A DNA stretch of 64,000 nucleotides from an uncultured Acidimicrobiia bacterium (GTDB lineage: Bacteria > Actinomycetota > Thermoleophilia > Solirubrobacterales > 70-9): the NCBI GenBank assembly GCA_964196325.1, contig CAXMST010000099.1:4367-68366 (forward strand), written 5' to 3'. Both the position numbers and the translations under genes were made by a program. Of this stretch, positions 17,347-26,738 are shown piece by piece; the stretch's first letter is position 1, and the number at the start of each line of letters is the position of its first letter. Under the pieces are notes generated by a model, which searched no databases, was not told where the DNA came from, and worked only from the letters and a program-made list of their open reading frames with translations.

Positions 17347-18786
17347 GTGACCGAACTCGCGTCAGCCGCGGGGACCCTGCTCCCGCTGGCCGCCGACAAT
17401 CTTCTCGCCGCCCGGAACCTGATGGCGTTCACGCTCGGGTTCCACATCATTATCGCCTGCGTCGGGGTGGCGCTGCCGCTGGTCATGCTCACCGCCGAGT
17501 ACAGGGGGCGCAAGCACAACGACCCCGACGCGCTAGATCTCGCCCGCAAGTGGTCGAAGGCGGCGGCGGTGCTGTTCGCCGTCGGCGCTGTGACCGGCAC
17601 GGTGCTCTCGTTCGAGCTGGGGTTGCTCTGGCCCGGCTTCATGGAGCAGTGGGGCGACGTGTTCGGCACGGGCTTCGCGATCGAGGGGATCTTCTTCTTC
17701 ACCGAAGCGATCTTCATCGCGATCTACATCTACGGCTGGAACCGGCTCGAGGGCTGGAAGCATTTCTGGACCGGCGTGCCGATCGTGATCGCCGGGATCG
17801 GCGGCGCCTTCAGCGTGGTCGCCGTCAACTCCTGGATGAACCAACCGGAGGGCTTCTCGCTGGCGGCCGACGGGACCGCGATCGACGTCTCCCCGCTTGG
17901 CGCCCTGTTCAACCCCGCCGTCGTCTATGAGTTCCCGCACATGCTGCTTGCCGCTTACATGGTCTGCGGCTTCGGCCTGGCCTCGATCTACGCGATCAGT
18001 TGGCTGCGTGGCAAGCGCAGTCGCCGGACCAAGGTCGCTTTCGCGATCCCGTTCGCGATCGCCGCGATCGCCACGCCGATCCAGATCTTCGTCGGCGACG
18101 TCGCCGCCCGGGGTGTCGCCGACCACCAGCCCGCCAAGTTTGCGGCGTTCGAGTGCATTCAGGAGACCGGGCCGGATCAGACCGAGTACCTGGGCGGAAT
18201 CTGTACCGACGACGGAGTCGAGGGCGGGCTCGGGATTCCGGGGCTGGACTCGCTGCTGGTCGGCTTCAGCACCAGTCAGGTCGTGACCGGGTTCGAGGCG
18301 AACGCCGAGAACCCCGGGCTCGCCGGACCCTCGGGAGTCAGCTCGGTCCCGCCTGACGAGCGGCCGCCCGCGACCACGCTGCTACACCTCTCGTTCGACA
18401 CGATGGTTGGGATCGGCTTCGGCCTGCTGGGTCTCGCTGCCTGGTTCGGCTGGAGCGCCTGGCGCCGCAAGAAGCTGCCCGAATCGGTCTGGTTCTGGCG
18501 GGCCGCAGCGTTAGCCGGCGTGGGCTCGGTGGTTGCGATGGAGGCCGGCTGGATCGTCACCGAGGTCGGACGACAACCGTGGATCGTGCAGGGCTTCATG
18601 CGCACCGAGGAGGCGGTCACCCAGGCCGAGGGGATCTGGTTCGCGTTCGGGGGGACCGTGGTCCTCTACGTGACGATTGGCGTGATCGCATACAAGGCCC
18701 TGAAGGTGATCGCCCGCCAGCCGTCGAGCGTTCGAGTTCCCTACGGTCCGGCCGAGGAACCGGAACCCCAGGAGGTCTCACGATGA
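17347..18786 (+). CDS. cydA: Cytochrome bd ubiquinol/menaquinol oxidase subunit I
   Basis: Sequence LARNLMAFTLGFHIIIACVGVALP...GWIVTEVGRQPWIV is the conserved CydA signature. Length is consistent with a short Q-loop type. Confidence 0.95.
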   Translation: MTELASAAGTLLPLAADNLLAARNLMAFTLGFHIIIACVGVALPLVMLTAEYRGRKHNDPDALDLARKWSKAAAVLFAVGAVTGTVLSFELGLLWPGFMEQWGDVFGTGFAIEGIFFFTEAIFIAIYIYGWNRLEGWKHFWTGVPIVIAGIGGAFSVVAVNSWMNQPEGFSLAADGTAIDVSPLGALFNPAVVYEFPHMLLAAYMVCGFGLASIYAISWLRGKRSRRTKVAFAIPFAIAAIATPIQIFVGDVAARGVADHQPAKFAAFECIQETGPDQTEYLGGICTDDGVEGGLGIPGLDSLLVGFSTSQVVTGFEANAENPGLAGPSGVSSVPPDERPPATTLLHLSFDTMVGIGFGLLGLAAWFGWSAWRRKKLPESVWFWRAAALAGVGSVVAMEAGWIVTEVGRQPWIVQGFMRTEEAVTQAEGIWFAFGGTVVLYVTIGVIAYKALKVIARQPSSVRVPYGPAEEPEPQEVSR

Positions 18787-19781
18787 GCAAGCCCGAGGTG
18801 GTCGCCGTGATCCTGCTCGCGGGCGCAACCCTCTACGCGGTCTTCGGCGGGGCGGATTTCGGGGCCGGCATCGTCAGCCTGCTCTCGCGGCGCGACGGCG
18901 AGCTCGGCGCCCGCGCTCGGAACCGCGTTGAGCGCTCGATCGGCCCCGTCTGGGAGGCCAACCACGTCTGGTTGATCTTCTGCATCGTGGTGCTTTGGAC
19001 GGCATTCCCAACCGCCTTTGGGCCCCTGATGAAGACGCTCTACTTCCCGATCGCGATGGCAGCGGTCGGGATCGTGCTGCGCGGCTCCGGATTCGCCTTC
19101 GGCCACACATTCGCGGGCGCCGCCCGCGAGCGATCGGAGCTCGTGTTCGCCGGCGCCTCGCTGATCACCCCATTCTTCATGGGCTGTGTGGTCGGCGCGG
19201 TCGCGGCCGGCGCGGTCCCTGCGAGCGGGGCGGGCGAACCCTTTTCGAGCTGGCTGGCGCCGCTACCCCTGCTGATCGGGGTGCTATTCGTTGCGACCAG
19301 CGCCTACCTCGCCTCCGTCTTTCTCACCGCCGACGCGCGGCGGTCGGGGGAAGCGGAGCTGGTCGACTACTTTCGCCGCCGCGCTATCGGCACTGCTGTT
19401 GTGGCCGGCAGTCTTGCGGTCCTTGGAATCATCGCCCTGCGCGCCGACGCCCGCTTCGTCTACGACGGGCTCACCGGAGATGCGGTGCCCCTGCTGATCG
19501 CGTCGATCCTGCTCGGTGGAGCCGCTCTCGTCGGCCTGATCCGAAACGTCAGTCGTGGGGTCCGCCCGCTCGCCGTCGGAGCTGTCGTCGCGGTAATCGC
19601 CGGCTGGGGCGTCGCCCAGCATCCCTACATCTTTCCGACCTCGCTGACGATCGACCAAGCGGCGGGCGCCGAGCCTACCCTGAACGCGGTGATCATCGTC
19701 TTCGTCGTCGCCCTGGCGATCGTCGGGCCGTCGCTGCTGTTTCTCTACCGGCTCACGCAGAAGGAACTGCTCGAGCTGTAA
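18783..19781 (+). CDS. cydB: Cytochrome bd oxidase subunit II
   Basis: ATGA overlap with cydA. Motif GGADFGAGI...WEANHVWLIF is typical of CydB. Multi-pass membrane protein. Confidence 0.9.
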   Translation: MSKPEVVAVILLAGATLYAVFGGADFGAGIVSLLSRRDGELGARARNRVERSIGPVWEANHVWLIFCIVVLWTAFPTAFGPLMKTLYFPIAMAAVGIVLRGSGFAFGHTFAGAARERSELVFAGASLITPFFMGCVVGAVAAGAVPASGAGEPFSSWLAPLPLLIGVLFVATSAYLASVFLTADARRSGEAELVDYFRRRAIGTAVVAGSLAVLGIIALRADARFVYDGLTGDAVPLLIASILLGGAALVGLIRNVSRGVRPLAVGAVVAVIAGWGVAQHPYIFPTSLTIDQAAGAEPTLNAVIIVFVVALAIVGPSLLFLYRLTQKELLEL

Positions 19782-19794
19782 CCGGCGCGGGGGG

Positions 19795-20586
19795 CTAGCG
19801 CCGCGGGGCCGCGGTCACTCCCCGGATCCGGCGAAGAAGCCGGTCGACCAGGCCCGGGGCAACCCCAGCCAGGCCCAGCAGGCGCACCAGCCGCGGGGTA
19901 TAGAGACTGCGCTGGTCGGCGATCACGGCCTCGGCGATCTGGGTGGCGACCGTGGCTGCCGGAATCGCTTCGTCGCCCCGCCGCCACTGGGGCATGCGCT
20001 CGAGCTGGTGGGAATGAAGCTCGGTCTCGACCTCGCCCGGGTAGACCGTGGTCAAGCTGAGCGGGGTGTCGGCGAGCTCGTGTCGCAACGCCTCGGCGAA
20101 ACCGCGGTTGGCTGCCTTCGTCGCGCCGTAGACCGCGGCGCAGGGGAAGGCCCGCAACCCGGCGCCGGAGGAGACCACGACGATCTGGCCGGGAGCGGTT
20201 GCCGGCAGCATTCGATCGAGCGCCGAGCGGACGACGTAGAGGCTGCCAAGCACATTGACCGCAACCATCTCCTCGATCTTGTCGAGGTCCATCTCGATGA
20301 ACGGCCCGTAGTGAGCGATTCCGGCGTTCGCGACGAGCAGGTCAAGCCCGCCGGCCTCATCGACGAACGCCCCGACGGCCCGATCCACCTCACGACGGTC
20401 GGTGATGTCGGCGGGGACCACGATCGCCCGCCCGTTGAGCTGCTCCGCGAGCGCGCCCAACGCGCGTTGGTCTCGCGCCAGAAGGCCGACCGTGGCGCCC
20501 CGCCCAGCCAGCTCGATCGCCAGTGCACGACCTATTCCCCTCGACGCCCCAGTAACCAGGGCGCGGGTGGAGTCACCGATCTGCAT
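19795..20586 (-). CDS. SDR-family oxidoreductase
   Basis: TGASRGIG cofactor motif, NAG, and catalytic Y-x3-K (YGATKAA). Confidence 0.9.
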   Translation of the reverse strand: MQIGDSTRALVTGASRGIGRALAIELAGRGATVGLLARDQRALGALAEQLNGRAIVVPADITDRREVDRAVGAFVDEAGGLDLLVANAGIAHYGPFIEMDLDKIEEMVAVNVLGSLYVVRSALDRMLPATAPGQIVVVSSGAGLRAFPCAAVYGATKAANRGFAEALRHELADTPLSLTTVYPGEVETELHSHQLERMPQWRRGDEAIPAATVATQIAEAVIADQRSLYTPRLVRLLGLAGVAPGLVDRLLRRIRGVTAAPRR

Positions 20587-21316
20587 GGCTGGATACTCTC
20601 AACTCGTGAGTACGGAGGTCACCGTGGCCGAGGAAGAGTACCTGCAGACCCTTTACTGGCTGCAGGAGGCGAGCCTGCCCTTAACCGCGGCGAACGTAGC
20701 CCGGGCAATGCAGCTTTCCCCCCCGACCGTGAGCGAGATGATCGGCCGACTCGAGGGTGACGGCTACATCAGCCGGGCCGCCGACAAGTCGCTTACTTTC
20801 ACCGATGACGGAACCGAGCACGCCGAGGCGATCGTCCGGCGCCACCGTCTGATCGAACGCTTCCTGACCGACGTTCTTGGCATCCCCTGGGACGAGGTCC
20901 ATGAGGAAGCCGAACGCCTGGAGCATGCGATGTCGCCGGTGCTCGAAGAGCGGATGATGGCCGCGATCGGCGATGCAAAGACGTGTCCGCACGGTCACCC
21001 GATCATCCTCGGCGAGCGTGAGCGCGGTTCACTGCTCGCCGACTGCGAGGTCGGAGCCAGCGTGATCGTGCTGCGCTTCGAGAACGAGGCCGAGGAACTG
21101 TTGCACTATCTGCGCAAGACCGGGCTGGAGCCCGGGATGGCCGGGGCGGTGAAGAGCTCCGGTGAGAGCGAGGTCGTCGTCAGCTCCGACGACGGCGACC
21201 ACGTGCTGTCACGCAGCGTTGCCGAAACCGTCTCCGTCAGAGCTGATCCGGCGCCCCCGCCGCGCGCAGCTCTGCCGGCGCAGCTGCAGCTCTCCAGCGA
21301 TCGCTACGGCCGCTAG
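20585..21316 (+). CDS. DtxR/IdeR/MntR-family metal-dependent transcriptional regulator with C-terminal FeoA/SH3-like domain
   Basis: EEYLQTLYWL...TAANVARAMQLSPPTVSEMIGRLEGDGYI...RRHRLIERFL...WDEVHEEAERLEH...CPHG. The start codon is uncertain (ATG 20585, or a downstream GTG). Confidence 0.85.
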   Translation: MAGYSQLVSTEVTVAEEEYLQTLYWLQEASLPLTAANVARAMQLSPPTVSEMIGRLEGDGYISRAADKSLTFTDDGTEHAEAIVRRHRLIERFLTDVLGIPWDEVHEEAERLEHAMSPVLEERMMAAIGDAKTCPHGHPIILGERERGSLLADCEVGASVIVLRFENEAEELLHYLRKTGLEPGMAGAVKSSGESEVVVSSDDGDHVLSRSVAETVSVRADPAPPPRAALPAQLQLSSDRYGR

Positions 21317-21345
21317 CGCACCCATCCCCGACCACGCCGAGCAGC

Positions 21346-21564
21346 TCAGACGCCGCCGTGCTCGACCGTCGCCGGCTCGCCGGAGAGTTGGCGCAGCCGC
21401 CGGTAGAGCGCCTCGTCGCGGTTCTCGACGGAACCACGTCGACGCACGTTTGCCTCGTGGTCGCGCACGGCAGCCGCGAGCGCATTGAAACGCCGCTCCA
21501 TGTTGCGACGTATCAGGGCGTCGCGATCCTCCTCACGCACCCCTTCGAAGAATCTGATCGGCAT
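21346..21564 (-). CDS. Hypothetical small charged protein (72 aa)
   Basis: The ATG at 21564 is preceded by AAAGGAGG with 6-nt spacing. High GC3. No recognisable family. Confidence 0.55.
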   Translation of the reverse strand: MPIRFFEGVREEDRDALIRRNMERRFNALAAAVRDHEANVRRRGSVENRDEALYRRLRQLSGEPATVEHGGV

Positions 21565-21638
21565 TGGTGGCCTCCTTTCGGCATCCTCAGTTGGCCGGCT
21601 CCCCTGGTTGCGGGGAGCCATTGTGAGGAATATACAAG

Positions 21639-21666
21639 CAGTATCTTAGCAATTGCTAAAATACTG
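21639..21666. promoter_or_regulatory. 28-bp near-perfect palindrome (candidate operator) in an AT-rich island
   Basis: CAGTATCTTAGCAATTGCTAAAATACTG is self-complementary except for one symmetric position pair. It lies 75-100 nt upstream of the small gene start and overlaps plausible -35/-10 hexamers on the minus strand (TTAGCA ... TATATT). Confidence 0.5.
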
Positions 21667-21680
21667 TGAACCCGCGGAGC

Positions 21681-22784
21681 TCAGCCACGTTGGCGGGCCA
21701 GAGCCCGGGCGATGCGGGCGATTCCCTCAGCCGCCTGCTCTGGGCGCACGCCGGCAAACGAGAGCCGCAGGCTCTGGTGGCCGCCCTCGAGCATGAAGTC
21801 AGGGCCCGCGACGAAGGCCACCCCCTCTTCCTTGGCAAGCGGCAGCAACGCCTCCGTATCGACGTCGGATTCGAGCTCGAGCCAGAGGAAGTAGCCGCCG
21901 CCCGGAACCACAAAGCGCGCCTCCGGCAGCTGCTCACCGAGCGCCTCCACGACGGCATCTCGGCGCGCGGCAAGGGCCAGGTTGACGACCGCGATGTTGG
22001 CGTCGAGCCCGCCTGAGAGGCAGAGGTGGTAGACGATCGACTCAGCCAGCATGTTGGGCGAGATGTAGATCTCCGAGGCTCGTTTCGAGAGCGCCGCGAT
22101 CTCCTCCGGCGGTCCGACCAGGTAGCCGACGCGGACCCCCGGGGCGACCGTCTTGGAGAAGGAAGAGGCATGGATGACCTTGGCGCCGGTGCCAACGGCA
22201 AGCGAGAGCATCGTCGGCAGCTCTTCGGCGCCCGCGAAGCGGACCTCGCGATAGGGGTCGTCCTCGAAGAGCCAGAAGCCGTGCTGCTCGGAGAGCTCGA
22301 CCAACCGCCTGCGCTTCGGCTCTGAGAGGGTGCAGCCGGCCGGGTTGTGGAAGTTGCTGATGATGTGGACGACCTTGGGAACCTCGCCGCCGGTGATCAG
22401 ACTCTCGAGGGCGGCAACGTCGATTCCGTTCTCTTCCAGTGCCACTCCGACGCGCTCGGCGCCGATCCGCTCCAGCATCAGCAGAGTCCGGTCGTAGGAG
22501 GGCTGCTCCACGAACACCGTATCTCCCGCTCGGAGCAGATGCTGAAACAGCATCCAGCCTGCCTCGAGCGAGCCATTCGTGATCATCAGCTGATCGGGAC
22601 TGGTGCCGTGCCCGTGGCGGCTCGCCAACCACTCCCGCAGCTCGGGATGACCATCGCCGGTTCCGTAGGACAGAGCCCTTCCGGGGCTCTCGGCGATCGC
22701 CCGCTCGGCTGCCAGCCCGACGGCCTCGCCGGGCAGCAGATCGACGCTCGGGGCGCCGCGCGCGAAGCTGATCAGGTCGGCCAT
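21681..22784 (-). CDS. PLP-dependent aminotransferase, class I/II (2-aminoadipate / aromatic aminotransferase-like)
   Basis: PLP-lysine motif SSFSKTVAPGVRVGY, plus NFHNPAG and DDPYRE motifs. Confidence 0.85.
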   Translation of the reverse strand: MADLISFARGAPSVDLLPGEAVGLAAERAIAESPGRALSYGTGDGHPELREWLASRHGHGTSPDQLMITNGSLEAGWMLFQHLLRAGDTVFVEQPSYDRTLLMLERIGAERVGVALEENGIDVAALESLITGGEVPKVVHIISNFHNPAGCTLSEPKRRRLVELSEQHGFWLFEDDPYREVRFAGAEELPTMLSLAVGTGAKVIHASSFSKTVAPGVRVGYLVGPPEEIAALSKRASEIYISPNMLAESIVYHLCLSGGLDANIAVVNLALAARRDAVVEALGEQLPEARFVVPGGGYFLWLELESDVDTEALLPLAKEEGVAFVAGPDFMLEGGHQSLRLSFAGVRPEQAAEGIARIARALARQRG

Positions 22785-22792
22785 GGCGGGGC

Positions 22793-23662
22793 TCAGCCGA
22801 CGATCTCGGCGGCGATCTGCGCGGCCTCCGAGGGGCTGGTTCCGACCCGTACGCCCTTGGCCTCGAGCGCCTCCTGCTTGGCCCTCGCGGTGCCCGCCGA
22901 TCCGGAGATGATCGCTCCGGCATGTCCCATCTGCTTGCCGGGCGGGGCCGTGAATCCGGCGATATAGCCAACCACCGGCTTGGTCACGCTCTCGGCGATG
23001 TAGGTCGCCGCACGCTCCTCGGCGTCGCCGCCGATCTCGCCGACCATCACGATCAGCTCGGTCTCCGGATCGCTCTCGTAGAGCCCGAGGATGTCGATGA
23101 AGTCGCTGCCGACTATGGGGTCGCCGCCGATCCCGACAATCGAGGAGTTGCCGAGGCCGGCGTGCTTGAGCTCATTGCCGATCTGGTACGTCAGCGTGCC
23201 TGACTTCGAGACGACCCCGATCGAGCCCTGGTCGAAGAACTGGGCCGGGATAATCCCGACGTTGGCCTTGCCGGGGCTGAGCACGCCAGGGCAGTTGGGG
23301 CCGATCAAGCGCACGCCGCGCTCCTTTGCCATCCAGTAACTGCCGAGCATGTCGTGGACGGGGATCCCCTCGGTGATCGCGATCACCGTCTCGACGCCGG
23401 AGCCGATTGCCTCGTCGATCGCGGCGCCCGCAAACCGCGCCGGGACGAAGATCATCGAGGTATTCGCACCGCGCTCGGCCACGGCCTCGGCGATCGTGTC
23501 GAAGATCGGGACGCCGTCGACCTCCTGGCCGGCCTTGCCCGGAGTCACACCGGCAACCAGATCGGTTCCGTAGTCGCGATTTCGGAGTCCATGGAAGGTC
23601 CCCTCGCGACCGGTCAGGCCACTGACCACCAACTTGGTCTTCTCGTCGATGATGATCGACAT
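22793..23662 (-). CDS. sucD: Succinyl-CoA synthetase subunit alpha
   Basis: VSGLTGREGTFH, ITEGIP, GPNCPG, and the active-site histidine region MGHAGAI. Confidence 0.97.
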   Translation of the reverse strand: MSIIIDEKTKLVVSGLTGREGTFHGLRNRDYGTDLVAGVTPGKAGQEVDGVPIFDTIAEAVAERGANTSMIFVPARFAGAAIDEAIGSGVETVIAITEGIPVHDMLGSYWMAKERGVRLIGPNCPGVLSPGKANVGIIPAQFFDQGSIGVVSKSGTLTYQIGNELKHAGLGNSSIVGIGGDPIVGSDFIDILGLYESDPETELIVMVGEIGGDAEERAATYIAESVTKPVVGYIAGFTAPPGKQMGHAGAIISGSAGTARAKQEALEAKGVRVGTSPSEAAQIAAEIVG

Positions 23663-23667
23663 CTCGG

Positions 23668-24828
23668 CTACGCCTTCCCCGCCAGCTCGACGACCGCTTG
23701 GGCCGCGCCGAGCATCGTCTTCTCCACGTGCAGGTGGTCGAGCCCCGCCTTGGCGAGCATCCCCAGTCCCTGGGCCGAATTGGTGCCGTCGAGACGAACC
23801 ACGAGCGGAACCTCGAGCCGGACCCGCGACGAGGCCTCGATGATCCCCGCGGCAACCTCATCGCATCGGGTAATGCCCCCGAAGATGTTGAACAGCACCG
23901 CCCGGACCTTGGGATCCGAGGTAATCACCTCGAGCGCGTCGACGATCGCGTCGGCCTTGCTGCCGCCGCCGGCGTCGAGGAAGTTCGCAGGAGAGCCGCC
24001 GGCGTTGGCGACGACGTCAAGGGTGGACATGCAGAGTCCGGCGCCGTTGCCGAGAATCCCGATGTCCCCGTCGAGCTTCACATAGGTGAGGCCGCGCTCC
24101 TTTGCCATCCGCTCCTGCTCGTCGGCGGGCTGCTCCTCGGCCGCGGCAAGCTGCTCGTGCCGGAACAGGGCCGAGTCGTCGATCGTGACCTTGGCGTCGA
24201 GGGCGATGACGTCGCGGGAGGCGGTGACGACGAGCGGATTGACCTCGATCAGGGTCGCGTCGTTGCTGACGAAGGCCTCGTATAGACGGACCATCGCCTC
24301 GGACACACCGAGCACCACGTCCTCGTCGATCTGCGCGCTGAGCGCGAGTTCGCGAGCCTGCTCGATTCCGAGCCCGTCGGCCGGCTCTACGTAGGAGCGC
24401 GCCAAGGCGTCAGGGTCGGTCTCGGTGATCTCCTCGACGTTCATGCCGCCCATTCGAGAGAGGATCGCGAGAGGCTTCTTGGCGGAGCGGTCGAGGATGA
24501 TCGAGGCGTAATACTCGGCGTCGATCTCGGAGGCCCCCTCGACCCAGACCCAAGCGACGCGGAACGGACCTTCACCGCGAGGGCCGCGGAGATCCATCCC
24601 GAGGATCGCCTCCGCGTGGTTGCGAGCTTCGTGGACGTTCGTCGCGACCTTGATCCCGCCCGCCTTGCCGCGCCCGCCGATCAGGACCTGAGCCTTGATC
24701 ACGCACGGGTAACCAATCCGCTCGGCCGCGGCCACCGCCGCGTCGACATCGCCGGCGACATCGCCATCGGGAACGGCGACCCCGGTCCGTTCGAAGAGCT
24801 GCTTGCCCTGGTATTCCAGTAGGTCCAT
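23668..24828 (-). CDS. sucC: Succinyl-CoA synthetase subunit beta
   Basis: Start at MDLLEYQGKQLF (internal ATG of the track ORF). ATP-grasp motifs and GGRGKAGG. C-terminal NIFGGITRCDEVA. Confidence 0.97.
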   Translation of the reverse strand: MDLLEYQGKQLFERTGVAVPDGDVAGDVDAAVAAAERIGYPCVIKAQVLIGGRGKAGGIKVATNVHEARNHAEAILGMDLRGPRGEGPFRVAWVWVEGASEIDAEYYASIILDRSAKKPLAILSRMGGMNVEEITETDPDALARSYVEPADGLGIEQARELALSAQIDEDVVLGVSEAMVRLYEAFVSNDATLIEVNPLVVTASRDVIALDAKVTIDDSALFRHEQLAAAEEQPADEQERMAKERGLTYVKLDGDIGILGNGAGLCMSTLDVVANAGGSPANFLDAGGGSKADAIVDALEVITSDPKVRAVLFNIFGGITRCDEVAAGIIEASSRVRLEVPLVVRLDGTNSAQGLGMLAKAGLDHLHVEKTMLGAAQAVVELAGKA

Positions 24829-24917
24829 AGTGCGGGCGGGAGCGTATCCCAACCACGTTCAGGATCAAGGCCAGGCCGGCCGGCGCTCGAACTCCGGCCA
24901 GGGCGTACGCTCTAGCA

Positions 24918-25220
24918 ATGCCAGGCCACTGGACCTTTCTGACCAACCATATGCGCGTGCTGTTGGTGATTGCCCGTGACCCGACCAGCCGCTTGCGAGA
25001 CATCGCCACGGCGCTCGATATCACCGAGCGAGCGGCGCAGCGAATCGTCACCGAGCTGGTCGAGGAAGGCTACTTGACTCGCAAGCGCCAGGGACGCCGG
25101 AACACCTACAAAGTGCATCCGAAGAGAGGGCTGCGGGCAGCGCAGGCGCAGAAGACCCAGGTCGGTGAGATCCTGGAAGTCCTGCTCGCCAACCAGGACC
25201 CTCTCGACCGGCTCGGCTGA
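24918..25220 (+). CDS. Small winged-helix (MarR/ArsR-like) DNA-binding protein
   Basis: LRDIATALDITERAAQRIVTELVEEGYLTRKRQGRRNTY is an HTH plus wing pattern. Divergent from sucC. Confidence 0.65.
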   Translation: MPGHWTFLTNHMRVLLVIARDPTSRLRDIATALDITERAAQRIVTELVEEGYLTRKRQGRRNTYKVHPKRGLRAAQAQKTQVGEILEVLLANQDPLDRLG

Positions 25221-25277
25221 CCCGCTGAGGGCGCTCCGACCCCCGAACGCCGGCGGGTGCCATAATGCCGCGCCCTC

Positions 25278-25961
25278 ATGCCTCTACCCAAGCGCAGCGA
25301 GATCAACTGGGTCACCACCGACTGCTACGGGACCCTGATCGATTGGGACAAGGGGATCTCCACGGCCTTCGAGAAGGCGGCCGAGGAGGATGGCCTGACC
25401 TTGGACACCAAGGCCCTGCTGTCCCGCTTCTACGAGGTCCAGTACGAGGTCATGGGTGGCTCCTATGAGCTCTACGCCGAGGTCCTGCGCCGGGCCGCGG
25501 TCAAGGCTGCCGGTGAGATCGGCTGGGAACTGGAGCCGAGCCGAGCCCAGTTCCTACCTGACTCGATTGGCAGCTGGCAACCCTTCCGCGAGTCAAACGC
25601 CGCGATGGACAGGCTCAGAGCCCGCTACAGCCTCGGCATCGTCTCCAACATCGACGACAAACTCCTCGGGATCTCGCGCCGCCACCTCCGCACCGAGCTC
25701 GACCTGGTTGTGACCGCGCAGCAGGTCCGTAGCTACAAGCCCGAGCCCGCCCACTTCAAGGAGTGCGCGCGGCGGATCGGCAGGAAGAAGGGCTGGGTCC
25801 ACATCACCAGCGGTCTCTACACGGACGTGGAGCCGCTGCTGAAGATGCGCGTACCTGTGATCTGGGTCAACCGCCGGGGCGAGAAGATCGAGCGGGGCGG
25901 AAAGCGGCCGACGGTCGAGGTCAAGAACTTCCGGGACGCGGCCAAGAAGCTGGGCTGCTGA
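25278..25961 (+). CDS. HAD-superfamily hydrolase, haloacid dehalogenase type II-like
   Basis: Motif I DCYGTLIDW, motif II VSN, conserved K (SYKP). Overall length fits the HAD-IA/HAD-II subfamily. Confidence 0.75.
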   Translation: MPLPKRSEINWVTTDCYGTLIDWDKGISTAFEKAAEEDGLTLDTKALLSRFYEVQYEVMGGSYELYAEVLRRAAVKAAGEIGWELEPSRAQFLPDSIGSWQPFRESNAAMDRLRARYSLGIVSNIDDKLLGISRRHLRTELDLVVTAQQVRSYKPEPAHFKECARRIGRKKGWVHITSGLYTDVEPLLKMRVPVIWVNRRGEKIERGGKRPTVEVKNFRDAAKKLGC

Positions 25962-26003
25962 GAGGCCCCGTGCCTGCGCGCATGCGGCGATAGCGTCGAG
26001 CTT

Positions 26004-26738
26004 GTGGAGCGCCTCACACCCTGCCCCGGGCCGACCACGATCGCCGAGCAACTCGAGGGCTTCCCGCCGCCCCCGCCCTACGACGCGAAGCGACCCTACG
26101 TGTTCACGAACTTCGCGGAGACCGTCGACGGGCACGCGACGATCGCCGGTCAGTCCGGAAAAATCGCCTCGGAGACTGACACCCAGATTCTGATGGCCCT
26201 GCGGGCCGGCTCCGACGCGGTCCTCGTCGGGGCCGGGACGATCCGGGCCGAGCGCTACGGATGCCTACTGCCGGCCGAGGAGGCGCGAGCGGCCCGCGAG
26301 CGGCGCGGGATGCCGCCGAGCCCGCTCGCGGTGATCGTCAGCAGCGGGCTCGAGCTGCCGTGGGAAATCGGCCTGTTCAGCTCCGGCGTCGGCAGCGTGC
26401 TGATCTTCACGACGAGCGCCGAGCAGCCTCCCCGGACCGCCACACCGACGCAGGTGGTGCGCCATCCGAAGGGCGTTGACCTGGCCTGCGCACTGCGACA
26501 GCTGCGGACCGAACACGGGGTGGAGGGGTTGCTGAGCGAGGGCGGCCCGACCCTGCACGGCGCGCTGCTCGAGCAGCGCCTGGTCGATTCGCTGTTCGTC
26601 ACCGTGGGCGCCAAGCTCGCGGGCGGACAGGGCCCTCGGATTGCCGAGGGGCTGACGTCGGGGCCGCTTGAGCTCGAGCTGGCTTGGCTCCTACGCGAAG
26701 GGGACGAGCTGTACGCGCGTTACGCCGTCCGCGGCTGA
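26004..26738 (+). CDS. RibD C-terminal domain (pyrimidine reductase / DHFR-fold) protein
   Basis: FTNFAETVDGHATI...SDAVLVGAGTIRAERY...EGGPTLHGALL matches the RibD_C pattern. GTG start. Confidence 0.78.
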   Translation: MERLTPCPGPTTIAEQLEGFPPPPPYDAKRPYVFTNFAETVDGHATIAGQSGKIASETDTQILMALRAGSDAVLVGAGTIRAERYGCLLPAEEARAARERRGMPPSPLAVIVSSGLELPWEIGLFSSGVGSVLIFTTSAEQPPRTATPTQVVRHPKGVDLACALRQLRTEHGVEGLLSEGGPTLHGALLEQRLVDSLFVTVGAKLAGGQGPRIAEGLTSGPLELELAWLLREGDELYARYAVRG

